DNA of 63,548 nt, the filler included, from Sphaeroforma arctica JP610 (lineage: Eukaryota): NCBI RefSeq assembly GCF_001186125.1. It is 5 parts of one record of this genome, joined end to end, with 100 filler letters (N's around TTAATTAATTAA, not from the genome) between each part and the next. Parts side by side here need not be neighbours in the genome. Positions count along the whole stretch, not along the records: positions 8,250 to 31,531 come from NW_014040538.1; positions 31,632 to 51,041 come from NW_014040538.1; 3 more parts are not named here. One strand, 5' to 3'. A program made the translations under genes and the position numbers. A model generated the notes under the pieces. It ran no database searches, was not told the origin of the DNA, and saw only the letters and a list, made by a program, of their open reading frames with translations. Shown in pieces: positions 27,901 to 39,812 of the stretch (positions are counted from its first letter, which is position 1; each line of letters begins with the position of its first letter).

Positions 27901-30900
27901 AATTTACCCGATAATAGTGATGTAATTCTGGGAATGAATATTATGGGCAAATTGGGCTTAGGTCCTACTGAATTATCAACTCCGTTTCCAGAAATCAATC
28001 GTAATGTTATGGATGAGCTACTCGAACCGATCGACATCCGCATGGCACCAGATTTGTCCGAACCTGAGGATATACGGCAACGACTACGCCAGTACTTAGA
28101 TGCCAACACGACCATTTTGGATGTGGCTCAATGTACTCTACCAGGCAGCGAAGTATCCCTCCCCATACCTCGCGATAAACTTTTGGGGCTTCGACGACAA
28201 ACACGGAACTTAGTGTCAGACAAGTACAAACCACACGTCACGCAACAGGTACATAAATAGGAACATGAATTGGTGACCAACCGTCGTACGTCGGCGTCAG
28301 TGGTCAACCTGTCTTTACTAGCAGTACCATCATTTATACCATCGGGGGAACTCATCAAGGTTCGGGTGTGTTTGGATTTGCGACAGATCAACGCCCATAT
28401 CCGGACGACCAGTTTGCGTTACCGAAGGTCAATGATATTATTAGTACTTAAGAGGCAAGCGACATTATACCACGTTAAATTTATCGGCTGCATATCATCG
28501 CCTTCCCGTACACGAGGACTCACAACATATGTTCTCGTTTACTTGGGACAGTCACCAATACTTCTTCACTTCAGCCCCATTCGGATTGTCGACACTCACG
28601 TCTCAATTCCAGCGCACAATCAGTAATCTGATGGCGGGTTTAGACGTGCAGTGCTACGTCGATGACCTTATAATTGCATCTGATAACTACGAGGAACATA
28701 TTGCAACAGTGGAAGAGGTCATCCGATGGCTTACTGCAAGCTTAACCAGAATAAGTGTCACTTTGCAGTAAGCGAGGTTATGGTCCTGGGGAAGAAAGTT
28801 TCTGCGAAAGGAATTAACGTTGATCATGAGAAACAACAACGGTTGATCGACTGGCCAGTGCCGCGATTCCAAAGGGACATAGCATCTGCATTGGGGTTGG
28901 CGAACTTTCTACATGAGCACTTACCTAACTTTGCACATAAAGTGGCCCCACTACGATCGTTCTCGAAACTCAAGCCGAAGGAACCGATTGGAGATCGTTG
29001 GAAACCAGAACATCAATTAGCATAGGATCAGATGAAGGAAGCAATCGTATCTGCGGTACGTTTAAATTTTCCGGTTGACGGGGTTCCACTCGAATTAGAG
29101 ACTGATGACAGTGATTATGGTATTGGCGGTGCACTATTTCAGTTAATTGACGGCCGCAAGCACTACCTGATATTCTTTTCAGAGACTCTCAACGAGGCGC
29201 AGCAGACATACGCGACACCAATGAAGGAATTGTTAGCGCTCACATATACATTGGTCCACTTCCAAGATCATTTAATAGGCCAGCGCTTCACTGTGCACAC
29301 GGACCACAAAGCGCTGATTTCCATGAACACACAACTGAAATTGAACAGCATGCTGCAACGATGGCATCACATCATTGCGCAATTCAACTTCGTGATAACA
29401 CATGTCCCAGGTGAACTGAATAAATTACCAGACATGTGGAGCCGGGTTCATGAGGGCACGGCGGACATCAACTTTCCCGCTATCTTCTACGCATCGTGCT
29501 GGAAGTTGTATCCCGATTTTTTGATCAGGTTCAAAAAGACTTAGGACCTAACAACGCTAACGCCTTTGCATTAAGCCACAATGCTCAGATACGACAATAC
29601 TGGTCATACGATAAAGACGGAGGCGCTTTTAAAGTTGACTGGAGCAAGTACAATACATGGATGAATCCAGTATTGTCGGACAAGGTGTCCGCGATAGTGT
29701 CTCCCGTTGAACACACGGACGCCATGGTTCCCTCTGCTTCTATCGATGATGCAAGCATATCCATTGCTGATCCCGCGTACAGCCCATACGTTCTTGAAGC
29801 ATGGCGCACGGGTATGTGGTAAGTATCCATGGAAACATACGGTGGTAATGCGTATTGGCCCTCTATCTTGTTATAAAGTTTCTCCATCATTTTGGCGTAA
29901 CTTGGGTCTCGAAGTACCTGTGCGTGAGGAAGCTGATGATCGTTATCAAGAGACATGGACGCAACCAGCCATAACTAGACGTACACGCCAGATTGCGGAA
30001 CAGGTGTCCGAAATTTGTGCGGGGGCGACGGTACTCAATCATCCTGGACATGAAGAAGCTAATCGCCGGGTACAACTTACTTGGCAGTTTCATGTACAAG
30101 GACATCTTGCTCCAGCGGTCACAGTGCAACAGATGCGAGATGATGGACACAATTGGGACCAAATGCTGCCAATAACGGAAGAGGTCCGAAAATTATGTCG
30201 CACATGTTTAGGTAATGACACTATGAAGAAGGAATTTCATCCATTTATGAGTATTACGGCACGTTATCCATGGGATCACATTCAAATGGATCTCATTCCG
30301 ATGGCAGTAACATCTACTAAAGGCAACAAGTTTATTCTACACGTCTTGGATGTGGCATCTGCATACTCTATTATACGGGTGCTGCCTGCAAAAGCTGCTA
30401 AGACGGTGGCGACAGAGTTAGTATCGGTATTTGGTGATCATGGCTTTCTTTGGAAGATTCAGAGTGATGAGGGGATTGAATTTGTCAACAACATTGTCAG
30501 GTCTATAACACGAGCACTCGGAATTATACACATGACATCTCAACCATATCGTCCTCAAACATTGGGTGCGGCAGAGCGCCGACACAAAGAAATTCACAAA
30601 TATGTGCGTGCGCTTTGTGTTGGCTGTCCGGAATTGTGGGATGAACGCCTTCCTTTTACTATTCTTTACCAGAACCTCCGGATACCACGTCGACACAAGT
30701 TAGCACCATTTAGTGTTTACTTTAGGCGCCGCCCTGTTCCATTTTCAGACACGACTGATGACTTACCTGATCATATTTCGACCACGAATGATGCATGGCT
30801 TAAGAGATTGGATGACCTTGAGAAGACGATTCTGCCAAAACTTACTCAGAAAACTATCAAGTTCACTGATGCCATGGCGGAGGCCACTAACCAGATGCGG

Positions 30901-31137
30901 AAGTTTGATTTAATTAAATTTAAGCCAGGGGACGTTGTCATGATACTCGCACAAGGAGTGACTACCAAAGCCATGAAGCCTTTCCTGGGTCCGTATGTAA
31001 TTCATAGTCGTGTGAATCAGAGTTACCATCTACGAGACAAGGATGGCAGCAAACCGCCGGAACTCAGAGATCGCCCAGTTAATGTGGAGATTATTCGGCT
31101 AGTTCACCGGGCTACCGAGCCACCACTAGATGAGTGA
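24987..31137 (+). mobile_element. Ty3/Gypsy LTR retrotransposon B (decayed): gag-PR-RT-RH-MTase-INT
   Basis: Probable 5' LTR ~24987-25290 (starts TG, AT-rich, AATAAA; boundary uncertain). gag fragments 25641-27540. Protease LIDTGA (27691-). RT with RVCLDLRQIN, PFGL and YVDD (~28656). RNase H ETDDSDYGIGGAL..KELLA..TDHKAL. Integrase 29707-31137 (H..H..CRTC, MDLI, SDEG, AERRH, GPY). 3' LTR not visible. Confidence 0.92.
29497..29860 (+). pseudogene. Dam-like N6-adenine methyltransferase domain inside pol of element B, between RNase H and integrase
   Basis: WKLYPDF/..LGPNNANAFALSHNAQIRQYWS...GAFKVDWSKYNTWMNP[apparent deletion]VLSDKVSAIV/CLP...TPWFPLL...HTFLKHG...YPWKHTVVMRIG. Clearly homologous to the element A domain. 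Confidence 0.75.
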
Positions 31138-32132
31138 CTATGGAGACGACGACATCAGGAAGAACTCAACAAAACGTAGGTCCAACAAGGAGATCGCGGC
31201 AATGGCCCGGCGCCAATACTACTACCAACTGGTTATGGGTAAACCGTCAACCTCAAACCGAGACACAGCCAGACACGACAGCTTCAATCGCTGCTTCGAG
31301 TCTACACCAATCCGGCTCTGTGCTATGATTGTAACGAATACGTACATGTTCACATTGCTCGACTACCGCACCGACGACTGTCTCTGCCCTGTCTGCCCCG
31401 GTAGCCAGAAGTTCACTACGAGCCACTTTACCTGCAACTGATTCGACGCATCCTGGTAGGCCCGAAACTGCCGCCCATTGGCCCTGACCTCCTTCAGCAA
31501 TTACAGGAGTGCCACGACTTCCACGGTATCTNNNNNNNNNNNNNNNNNNNNNNNNNNNNNNNNNNNNNNNNNNNNTTAATTAATTAANNNNNNNNNNNNN
31601 NNNNNNNNNNNNNNNNNNNNNNNNNNNNNNNACTATTAAGGGTACATTTAGGAAACTTAAGTTCCTCGTACTATTAAGAGTATGTTTATAATTTGCGTAC
31701 TGCTTAAGAGTACGTTTATACATAGAGTCTAATGTGGAGGCCCGGCTTATTACAAAGATAGGATTTTATGACTCTCGGATTCACCCCAATGAAACATACC
31801 ATAGTTTCTTATAGAGCGACAACGAAACACTAAATAAAATCAAATCGGTCGCCGAACAAACATCAATACAAAGCCCTAAACCCCAAACGACCTTTACTTG
31901 AGGGTTAGGGTTTAGGGTTTAGGGATTTTGCGGCGCGCATCCTCATGTTCCACCCAGGTGTCGCGGTGTGATTCTAAACCCTATAGAAAAAAAAACAGGG
32001 CTTAAAACTTTTGCAGTCAACACTCGGTTTGAAAACGATTCATTTTATTTATGCTTTATTAGATTTAACTCGGCAAAACATATGTTAAGCGTTCCTGTGA
32101 CGGCGCTTTCCGGGGTTTAGAGTTTTAGGGTT

Positions 32133-33087
32133 TTAGATGCAGTCTACAAAATACCACTTCTGGTCCTCGTACTCGATAAATTTGCCGGCAATCATCAACA
32201 CGACAACATCGGCACTGGAGTAGTTGACAACAATATGATCGTTCGCCACGCTCTGGATAAAGACCTGTTCCTTCATGATCCACTTGTTATTAAGGGCAGT
32301 CTTGCTAGTGTTGACGGTGAGTCGGATATTGTCGCCATTCGCCGCGACGCATAGTAAACTCGGTATCGGAAACATACTCAATCATCCAGCAGTCCGGTTT
32401 CTTGGTGACCATGATAGCCTTGTTGTTGACAATGTCTAGGCACTGGTTCAGTGTGTCGTCGGGATGCGTAGTGCGACACTCCTTTACTACCATAGTAGGG
32501 GTGCTCTGGTCGCCACCATTGTTACTGTTGACAGTGTTACCCCCGCCATTGTTGTTGACCGTGTTGCCGCCGCCGTTTGTGACATCAATGGACGTGTCAA
32601 TGACTATATCTCCGGCAATAGTGTTATCGTCAATATAAATGTTGTTGACATTATTGACAACGGTCTCATACATACGCGGGTCGATACGGACTTCAAGATA
32701 GCGCGTCTCCTGCGGCTCAGCCGCAGCGGCGGGGGCAATGGGTATAGTGCGGGCCATCTGGTCCACGTCTCCAGCGTCAATCTCATAGACCATAGCTTCA
32801 GGGTCAGATTTGGCGACGGACTCGACCAGGCTAAACACCATGTAAACAGTCGCGTTCGAAGTATGGGCCACAAGACCAATGTTCAGTACCATAGTGTCCG
32901 TGTCCGGGGCGTAGGGTATCATGGGGAACACGAACGGCTCGTAAATGACCGAGGGCTGAACGTCGTCGGTCACCCGGGCGTGGGGGGGAATGGTCGGCGC
33001 CGCGGCAGCGGTAGAGGGCAACATAGACTGGACCACAAGGCACGCGGTGGCGGCGGTAAAGATCGAGTTGATATAGTGGTAAAGCAT
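32133..33087 (-). pseudogene. Frameshifted secreted/surface protein of unknown function
   Basis: Signal-peptide-like N-terminus (MLYHYINSIFTAATACLVVQSMLPSTAAA), N/G-rich linker and Cys-containing beta-rich C-terminus. ORFs 32305-33087 and 32133-32381 overlap in different frames. Confidence 0.6.
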
Positions 33088-33516
33088 TTTTATATATAGG
33101 GTTTAATGTTACTGGAGTTTGAGGTTGGGTTGTTCTTTTTAGGGTTAGCGAATATGTTTAGGGTAAATCGATTACTCTTCAGCAAGATGAGCGGGGAGTT
33201 TGGTGGTTGTTTGTTTTGTTATAAGGAAAAAAAGTAAAAGTGTGAACGATACGGTGAATCCACACACGAGTTATATAGCCGGTTGTTTGGAGTCACGCTC
33301 CACTAAAACGGAAGTCCTAAAAAAATAACCTTAAAACCTAATCGTGATCACCAACCATGTCCGAACGGTGAACCCCCCACCAAACTAGAAGCTGCTGCTA
33401 TGTATATATATATATATATATATAAGTGCGTTTTGCATCTCACACAACACACTTTAATTATACACCGAGCGAATGAGAGTAAAGAAGAAAAGGGAAAATA
33501 GTCAACAACATCAATA

Positions 33517-34758
33517 ATGTATGAACTTCTGAGATTGCTTTGTGTGTGGAAACACATGACTATGGTTGCCCCTGATGCTACCACTCAAAACCTGGTTGGA
33601 GTCCTAGGGGGAAGCCAAAATTTAATGGAAAAGTCTAAACTTTGCGCTGCGGCACACGAATCCTATAAGAGGTTCGAGAAACGTATTCTCTTTTATGAGC
33701 ACCTCTGCCAGATGATTCGGAACAGATACAACATGCCACCAATTGAGATGATTGGTCCCGTGGATGACTTGTATGAGCGTATTTGTAACCGGTTGAGGTA
33801 TGGTAGAGATGCCTTGATGGCGAGGCATGCATATCTTCGGAACGAACTTAAACCGATGATGGCTCAAATGGTGTGTGTAGACGCTGGGATCTATGTAAAA
33901 ATAGTCGCGTGTACTAACATCAAGCGAAACTTGGAAGATCAGGCAACACTTGTACCGGTGATGAAGGAATTTGGTGACATGCTTCACTTGATTCACACAG
34001 AGCCCGACTGCGTGCATGATGTGTGTATGGAGGTTGTAGTAACGACACTAACCACACCACTATCAATACCACCAGATACACCGCCGCCTGTAACCATAGC
34101 GTTGTCGGACGACGCTGTGACCGAACCAACAACCACAACATCATCACCATCATCATCATCAACAACAGCACCACCAATACCAGATACACCGCTACCTGTA
34201 ACCGTAGCGTTGTCGGACGACGCTATGACTGGAACAACTCTTATACCACAGCCACCAATACTAAAAACATCTGTACTCTCGGGGTTGTCGAATGTTACTG
34301 TGACCAGAAAAAGAAAGGAAAGGATGGGTTATGCAGGGGAATACAGAAGAGATAGTTATTGTCGTGAAAGGGAATATCTGTCAAGCAACCCCAAGCGGAC
34401 TGACTGTAGTGTCCTAGTTTCGTCGATTGGTTTATATCGAACCTCGGGACAGTCGGTAGTTTATAAACTCCAGAAGCTAATCAACGAAAAACCTTGGCTA
34501 TTTTCGGGTTTGGACGTGAAACATGAAGAGGGTGAGCTGAAGAAGGAGTTAACGGTGATAATTCACGAATATTACAACCGCCGCACTCGGAAGTACAACC
34601 TTGAGCACAAAAGCCCTCTTTGTAAAGCATTGTTTGTAAAATTCCTAATTCGTGACTGCAATGGTAGTCTCGTGGAAATGATGGCGTTTAAAACCCTGTT
34701 TGACGAGTGCTGGATCTCGAACAATGCGCTAACCAACAACAACAATATAGGAGTTTAG
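33517..34758 (+). CDS. Intact 413-aa unknown protein (helical N-terminus, P/T linker with duplicated PDTP.PVT.ALSDDA, C-terminal domain)
   Basis: Long open ORF with TATA run at ~33403 and AATAAA downstream; no recognisable domain. Confidence 0.7.
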   Translation: MYELLRLLCVWKHMTMVAPDATTQNLVGVLGGSQNLMEKSKLCAAAHESYKRFEKRILFYEHLCQMIRNRYNMPPIEMIGPVDDLYERICNRLRYGRDALMARHAYLRNELKPMMAQMVCVDAGIYVKIVACTNIKRNLEDQATLVPVMKEFGDMLHLIHTEPDCVHDVCMEVVVTTLTTPLSIPPDTPPPVTIALSDDAVTEPTTTTSSPSSSSTTAPPIPDTPLPVTVALSDDAMTGTTLIPQPPILKTSVLSGLSNVTVTRKRKERMGYAGEYRRDSYCREREYLSSNPKRTDCSVLVSSIGLYRTSGQSVVYKLQKLINEKPWLFSGLDVKHEEGELKKELTVIIHEYYNRRTRKYNLEHKSPLCKALFVKFLIRDCNGSLVEMMAFKTLFDECWISNNALTNNNNIGV

Positions 34759-34966
34759 AGTTAGGAGTCAGCATATACATACATAAAGTCAATAAAACGA
34801 ACCTTAGAACAATGCGCTGTCAACAATATAGTGGGGTAGAGTTTTAGGAGTCTCAGTATATACATACATAACGTCAATAAAACGAACTTTAAGGTGAAGT
34901 TTATTTTAATTATTTAAAGATTTAAAAGGTAAACCCTCTTAGGGTTTAGGTGTTGCAAAACAAAAG

Positions 34967-35464
34967 TTAAGCAGCCAAACGGGGCCGGTGATGCTGATAT
35001 GTTCCCGTTTTGAGGATTCTCTGCTTGCACGGCTTGCCATCCTTCTTTGTTACACCATACCTCATCTTGCGAGTGGGCTTTTTAATCCTTGGTACCACCA
35101 CCTTTGGTGGAACCGGGTCCATAGGCCCAGAGTGAAAGACATGGCTGTACTTCCACCCCTCGATAGTCCTAGCTATGCGATCATCGTTCTCCAGTTCCCG
35201 GTGTATTAGCAATACAAAAACGTTGTTCCAAACAACAATATTGGACGTTCTGTTGTAGCACACTTCCAAGAGTTTCATGGTGTTCTCGAATGTCTGTTCG
35301 GTGTCGGGCACAACATCTGTTACCAGGAAGTCCCCTACAATGTTAAGGAGGTTTATGCCATTACGATTCAACCACCATTCTTCACTCAGATCAATGTGAT
35401 CGTTAAAGTGACCCTTGTAGTCCAGTAGGTCCGCTGTAATGGAGTCCTAAAACGACTTGACCAT
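34967..35464 (-). pseudogene. Small protein with a C-terminal degenerate 'C.G.TK.G.PC...C..H' zinc-finger-like motif; early in-frame stop
   Basis: ATG at 35464 followed by TAG at codon 6, in frame with ORF 34967-35371 ending RYGVTKKDGKPCKQRILKTGTYQHH. Confidence 0.55.
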
Positions 35465-35753
35465 TTTTAAAATACCTAAACGCAAAAACGGAGGGTGGGT
35501 TTTGCCAAAATTTTGGTTTTGGGATGTAAGTGTGACTTATGATGAACAATCACACACCATATATATACTAGCTACTATTGTGGTGAATGTTTGGGGTTTG
35601 GGGTGAAATCATACATGACTTGTGGGTGGTTCACCGTTCGGACCTCACCGGTCAACCACCACGTCACGATAGTCGGCTCTGGGTATATAAGGGTAAGGTG
35701 CAGTCGTCAAACGAACAGTCTCAATTTTTATTCTTGTTACTTGCACTCGGAGA

Positions 35754-36540
35754 ATGATGATGGCCAACAACGATACCAGCAGCAACTACGGTGGGTCTGG
35801 GAATGGGTTCACGTCGTATATTGATCTCACGGACTCCAAACCAATAACGAGGATGGTACGTTACGAACAAGGAACGACATTTGACGATCCTGACATGACC
35901 ATGGTAGCAACCAAAATGTGTCTACTAGGCCCCATAAGTACGAGGTTCCAGGCTGATGTTGTCGAACCACCGCCTAAAACCGAACCTCAAACAATTACCA
36001 CTACCCCCCCCCACTACTAGTAATGATGATGGGTCAACAATACCTGCAATGGTTACAGAGGCTGACCACCGTGTGAGTCTTAGTATGGAATCGATTCGCG
36101 AACACATGCTTACCTGTGGCGTTTGTACCTGCGTTTCAAAAACGATGACTACTACAGTGTGTTGCACATTTATCATGTGTGTTACATGTTGCAACAGACT
36201 ACCGAGTGATGCGTGTCCCAACTACCGCCAGCCCGGTGTGGCGCTTGCTCGGAACCTTATATTCAAGCATTTACTGCAGGCGTTTGAGTTTTCGTGCACC
36301 AAATGCAACGAACGTCTGAATCCTATTACCAGTGAAGGGCACGGCTGGTTTTCCCACGAGGTCACAGCGGCAACCACGGAACCAGGGCGATTAATAGGGG
36401 CCAAGGGGTTGCAAGATTTCAAGACTGTGAGTAACTTGGCACTGCCCGACAAGTATAAGACGCTACTGAATAAGTATTTCCAACCCGCATCAAACCAGTA
36501 CCTCTTGCACATGAGACTTGGTAAATACTACGCATTGTAG
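35754..36540 (+). pseudogene. SIM + RING-finger E3-ligase-like gene, frameshifted in a poly-C run
   Basis: ORF 35754-36020 (YIDLTD) joins ORF 35956-36540 near the C-run at ~36005. RING CGVC..TTTVCC..MCVTC..CPNY, followed by CTKC..H. Confidence 0.7.
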
Positions 36541-36859
36541 ATTCATGAGTTTTGTAGGCTGCGAGATGAACCCGAGTCACCGCTAGTAGCATTTGTGCGT
36601 CAGAAGCATAGGGCAACAGGAGTTGCAAAAGGTCGTGTTATGCAATGTATTAGAGCTGACAGGTTGCATGCAATGCGAAATAAACTGCTCTATATGGGTT
36701 AAATGTCTCGTATTGTACCTAGAGAGCTTGCTAGCAACAACCCTAAAATCCCAGTTAATCAAAGCCCTAATAAAGAACCCTAAACCCTAAAACTATCATA
36801 TGCGTGTTGTGTGGATTGTGTGCCACGTGGCAAAGTTTCCACTCACATGAACGAACGAG

Positions 36860-37450
36860 GATATATGTGTATGTCAGAAATCAAAGTGTAAAGTTTAAAG
36901 TGTATGCATGTGTATGTCAGAAATCAAAGTGTAAAGCTTAAAGTGTATGCCTGTGTATATCAGAAAACAAGGTGTAAAGTTTGAAGTGTATGCATATGTA
37001 TGTCAGAAAACAAGGTGTAAACTTTATTCAAAGTGCAAGGTTTAAAGTGTGTGTGTATGTATATATCAGAGATCAAAGTGTAAGATCTAAAGTGTGTGTG
37101 TATGTATATATCAAAGATCAAAGTGTAAGGTTTAAAGTGTGTGTGTATGTATATATCAAAGATCAAAGTGTAAGGTTTAAAGTGTGTGTGTATGTATATA
37201 TCAAAGATCAAAGTGTAAAGTTTAAAGTGTGTGTGTATGATATATCAAAGATCAAAGTGTAAGGTTTAAAATGTGTGTGTGTATGATATATCAAAGATCA
37301 AAGTGTAAGGTGTGTGTATGATATATCAAAAATCAAAGTGTAAGGTGTGTGTATGATATATCAAAGATCAAAGTGTAAGGTGTGTGTATGATATATCAAA
37401 GATCAAAGTGTAAGGTTTAAAGTGTATATCGGAAATCAAGGTGTAAAGTT
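36860..37450. repeat. Tandem array, ~34-45 bp unit (AAAGATCAAAGTGTAAGGTTTAAAGTGTGTGTGTATG(T)ATATATC)
   Basis: Roughly a dozen copies between two convergent genes; no unique spacers. Confidence 0.9.
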
Positions 37451-37503
37451 TTATTTTGTTTTGGTATTATTGTGTGTAAGCTTAGCTTTATTCATTTAAC
37501 ACC

Positions 37504-39812
37504 CTATTCGGTACTGCATACCTTGCACAAATCTGTAGTTCCCGTGATTGGAACTTCGGCCAGCATCTTATTCTTAAGTGATCGACACGCGTGGTTTCGA
37601 TGCACCTTTTCCTTTGAACACGCAATCTGGTAGCCCGTACCAGACTGGGTAATTGACGATAGTGGCAGCCATGTAGCGGGAGTTGTGGGAATAGTCGCGG
37701 TAATGGTGGGTACACGAGCGATAGGAGTAGTAGTCGTGGTAGTAGTTGTAAAGGCACGAGCAACAGGAACTTGGGTTGGTGCTTTCGGTAGCTCGGCGAG
37801 CATGGCTGCAATGTCAGCATACTCAACCGACATTCTCACAACCTCTGGCGTGTAGCACTTCTTACACAAGTCGGTTTGTTCCAGTCGCCACCATTTCCTC
37901 CACGTCCTTATTCTTGAGGGAACCACATGTTGTCTTAACGTGCACTTTACCCTTAGCTGCACCGGAAATTCTGTATCCCATGCGGAACTGGACAGGCGGA
38001 GTCACGGCGGTAGTGGGTTCACGTATAAGGGTCTGGTCAACAACCGGGGCACCAGTAACAACAGCGGCACCAGTGGGGGAGGGTGCTGGTGGGTGTAGAA
38101 ATACGGCCTCCGGTCAGTCTAAAATATCAAGATCAATTGAGATAATACATTGGTTTTTATTTGTATTTTAAATAATTTAATATAAGCTCTTTTTCCAATA
38201 TTTCCAGTGTTCTAAATTCACTTTGATGGCTCCAATAGCCTGNNNNNNNNNNNNNNNNNNNNNNNNNNNNNNNNNNNNNNNNNNNNNNNNNNNNNNNNNN
38301 NNNNNNNNNNNNNNNNNNNNNNNNNNNNNNNNNNNNNNNNNNNNNNNNNNNNNNNNNNNNNNNNNNNNNNNNNNNNNNNNNNNNNNNNNNNNNNNNNNNN
38401 NNNNNNNNNNNNNNNNNNNNNNNNNNNNNNNNNNNNNNNNNNNNNNNNNNNNNNNNNNNNNNNNNNNNNNNNNNNNNNNNNNNNNNNNNNNNNNNNNNNN
38501 NNNNNNNNNNNNNNNNNNNNNNNNNNNNNNNNNNNNNNNNNNNNNNNNNNNNNNNNNNNNNNNNNNNNNNNNNNNNNNNNNNNNNNNNNNNNNNNNNNNN
38601 NNNNNNNNNNNNNNNNNNNNNNNNNNNNNNNNNNNNNNNNNNNNNNNNNNNNNNNNNNNNNNNNNNNNNNNNNNNNNNNNNNNNNNNNNNNNNNNNNNNN
38701 NNNNNNNNNNNNNNNNNNNNNNNNNNNNNNNNNNNNNNNNNNNNNNNNNNNNNNNNNNNNNNNNNNNNNNNNNNNNNNNNNNNNNNNNNNNNNNNNNNNN
38801 NNNNNNNNNNNNNNNNNNNNNNNNNCTAGAGGTACGCCCTGTGTGATCAAGGATATTTAGGCTCTTAACAAGAGGCAGTCCCGATCATTCTTACACAAGC
38901 TACCACTGCTAAATCCTAACTGACCAAATTGTATTTTAGTTTAATATAGTTTGAAACCTAGTAATTTTCATCGAAGTTTACATGGGTTCACGAGTAACAG
39001 ACATAGGAGTTGCAGATTCCGGCAGCTCGGCCAGCATGGCTTCGATATCAGCATACTCTACCGACACTTCTACCACCTCTGGTTCATAGTAGCACTTTTT
39101 ACACAAGTCGGTTGTTCCGGTTACAACCATTTCCTCCACAACCTTATTCTTAAGAGAACCACACGACTGCTTAAGGTGCACTTTACCCTTGGCGGCACCG
39201 GCAATTCGGTACCCCGTACGGGACTGGACGATCGGTGCAACAGCGACAGGGTCGGGCTCACATTCTGTAGGAACACGATGTGTTGGAGCTTCTGGTAGCC
39301 CGGTGGGTGACCCAGTAGTAGCGCCAGTACGGTTACTGGTCCTGGAGCGTGCAATGGCCGCAGCCGCAACGTCAGACACGGGGGCCACCGGTGTAGTTGG
39401 AGTTGCCGTGGCCGTAGGACTACGCGAAGAAAGGTGGTTGTCGTGGATACTAGGATACACCAATTCATACCGGGGGTACGTGGTTTGCTACCCCGGTTGG
39501 TGCTGTTGGTACAGCTGCCGGTAGCATAGATTTCTTCGTCCCCACTAGCCTAGTGCACTGACAGGGTTGGTAGTTGCGGTCCAGAACCGAGCTAAAGAGC
39601 ATCGGTTTTCTGATTTCAGTAACCCTCTCCAGGGTGCAGCTGGCATCAAAATGGAATAGGATTACCGGCCGAGCCAACGTAGGATTGCGTTCAGAGACAA
39701 ACCACACAGTATCATTGTAACCGTGGACATAATAGCCCGCCATCTTAGCCGTTAGGATTGAATCTGCGTTGAAGACGTGGCTACCAGCGTCCGTGGGTGT
39801 AGCGAGAAACAT
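37504..39812 (-). pseudogene. Gene with three H-C-CxxC zinc-motif repeats, disrupted by an LTR insertion and frameshifts
   Basis: ORF pieces 39465-39812, 38978-39463 and 37504-37962. Repeats include GYRIAGAAKGKVHLKQSCGSLKNK...TDLCKKC and GYQIACSKEKVHRNHACRSLKNK...TDLCKVC, with a frameshifted copy at ~37860-37985. Confidence 0.75.
38094..38982 (+). mobile_element. Solo LTR (or gap-collapsed full copy) of the element A family with 4-bp TSD TGGG
   Basis: TGTAGAAA...AAGTTTACA matches 20203-20785 on both sides of the N gap; flanked by TGGG (38090-38093 and 38983-38986). Confidence 0.9.

Noticed and set aside
24987..31137. Element B as a DIRS element because of its MT domain
   Set aside because: It has an aspartic protease and an HHCC/DDE integrase, and no tyrosine recombinase was seen.
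34720..34890. ~85-bp direct duplication at the 3' end of the 413-aa gene as an element boundary
   Set aside because: Simple local tandem duplication of the stop/poly(A) region; no TSD or terminal structure.
36860..37450. Repeat array as a possible CRISPR or coding repeat
   Set aside because: No spacers; the ORFs across it are translations of the repeat.
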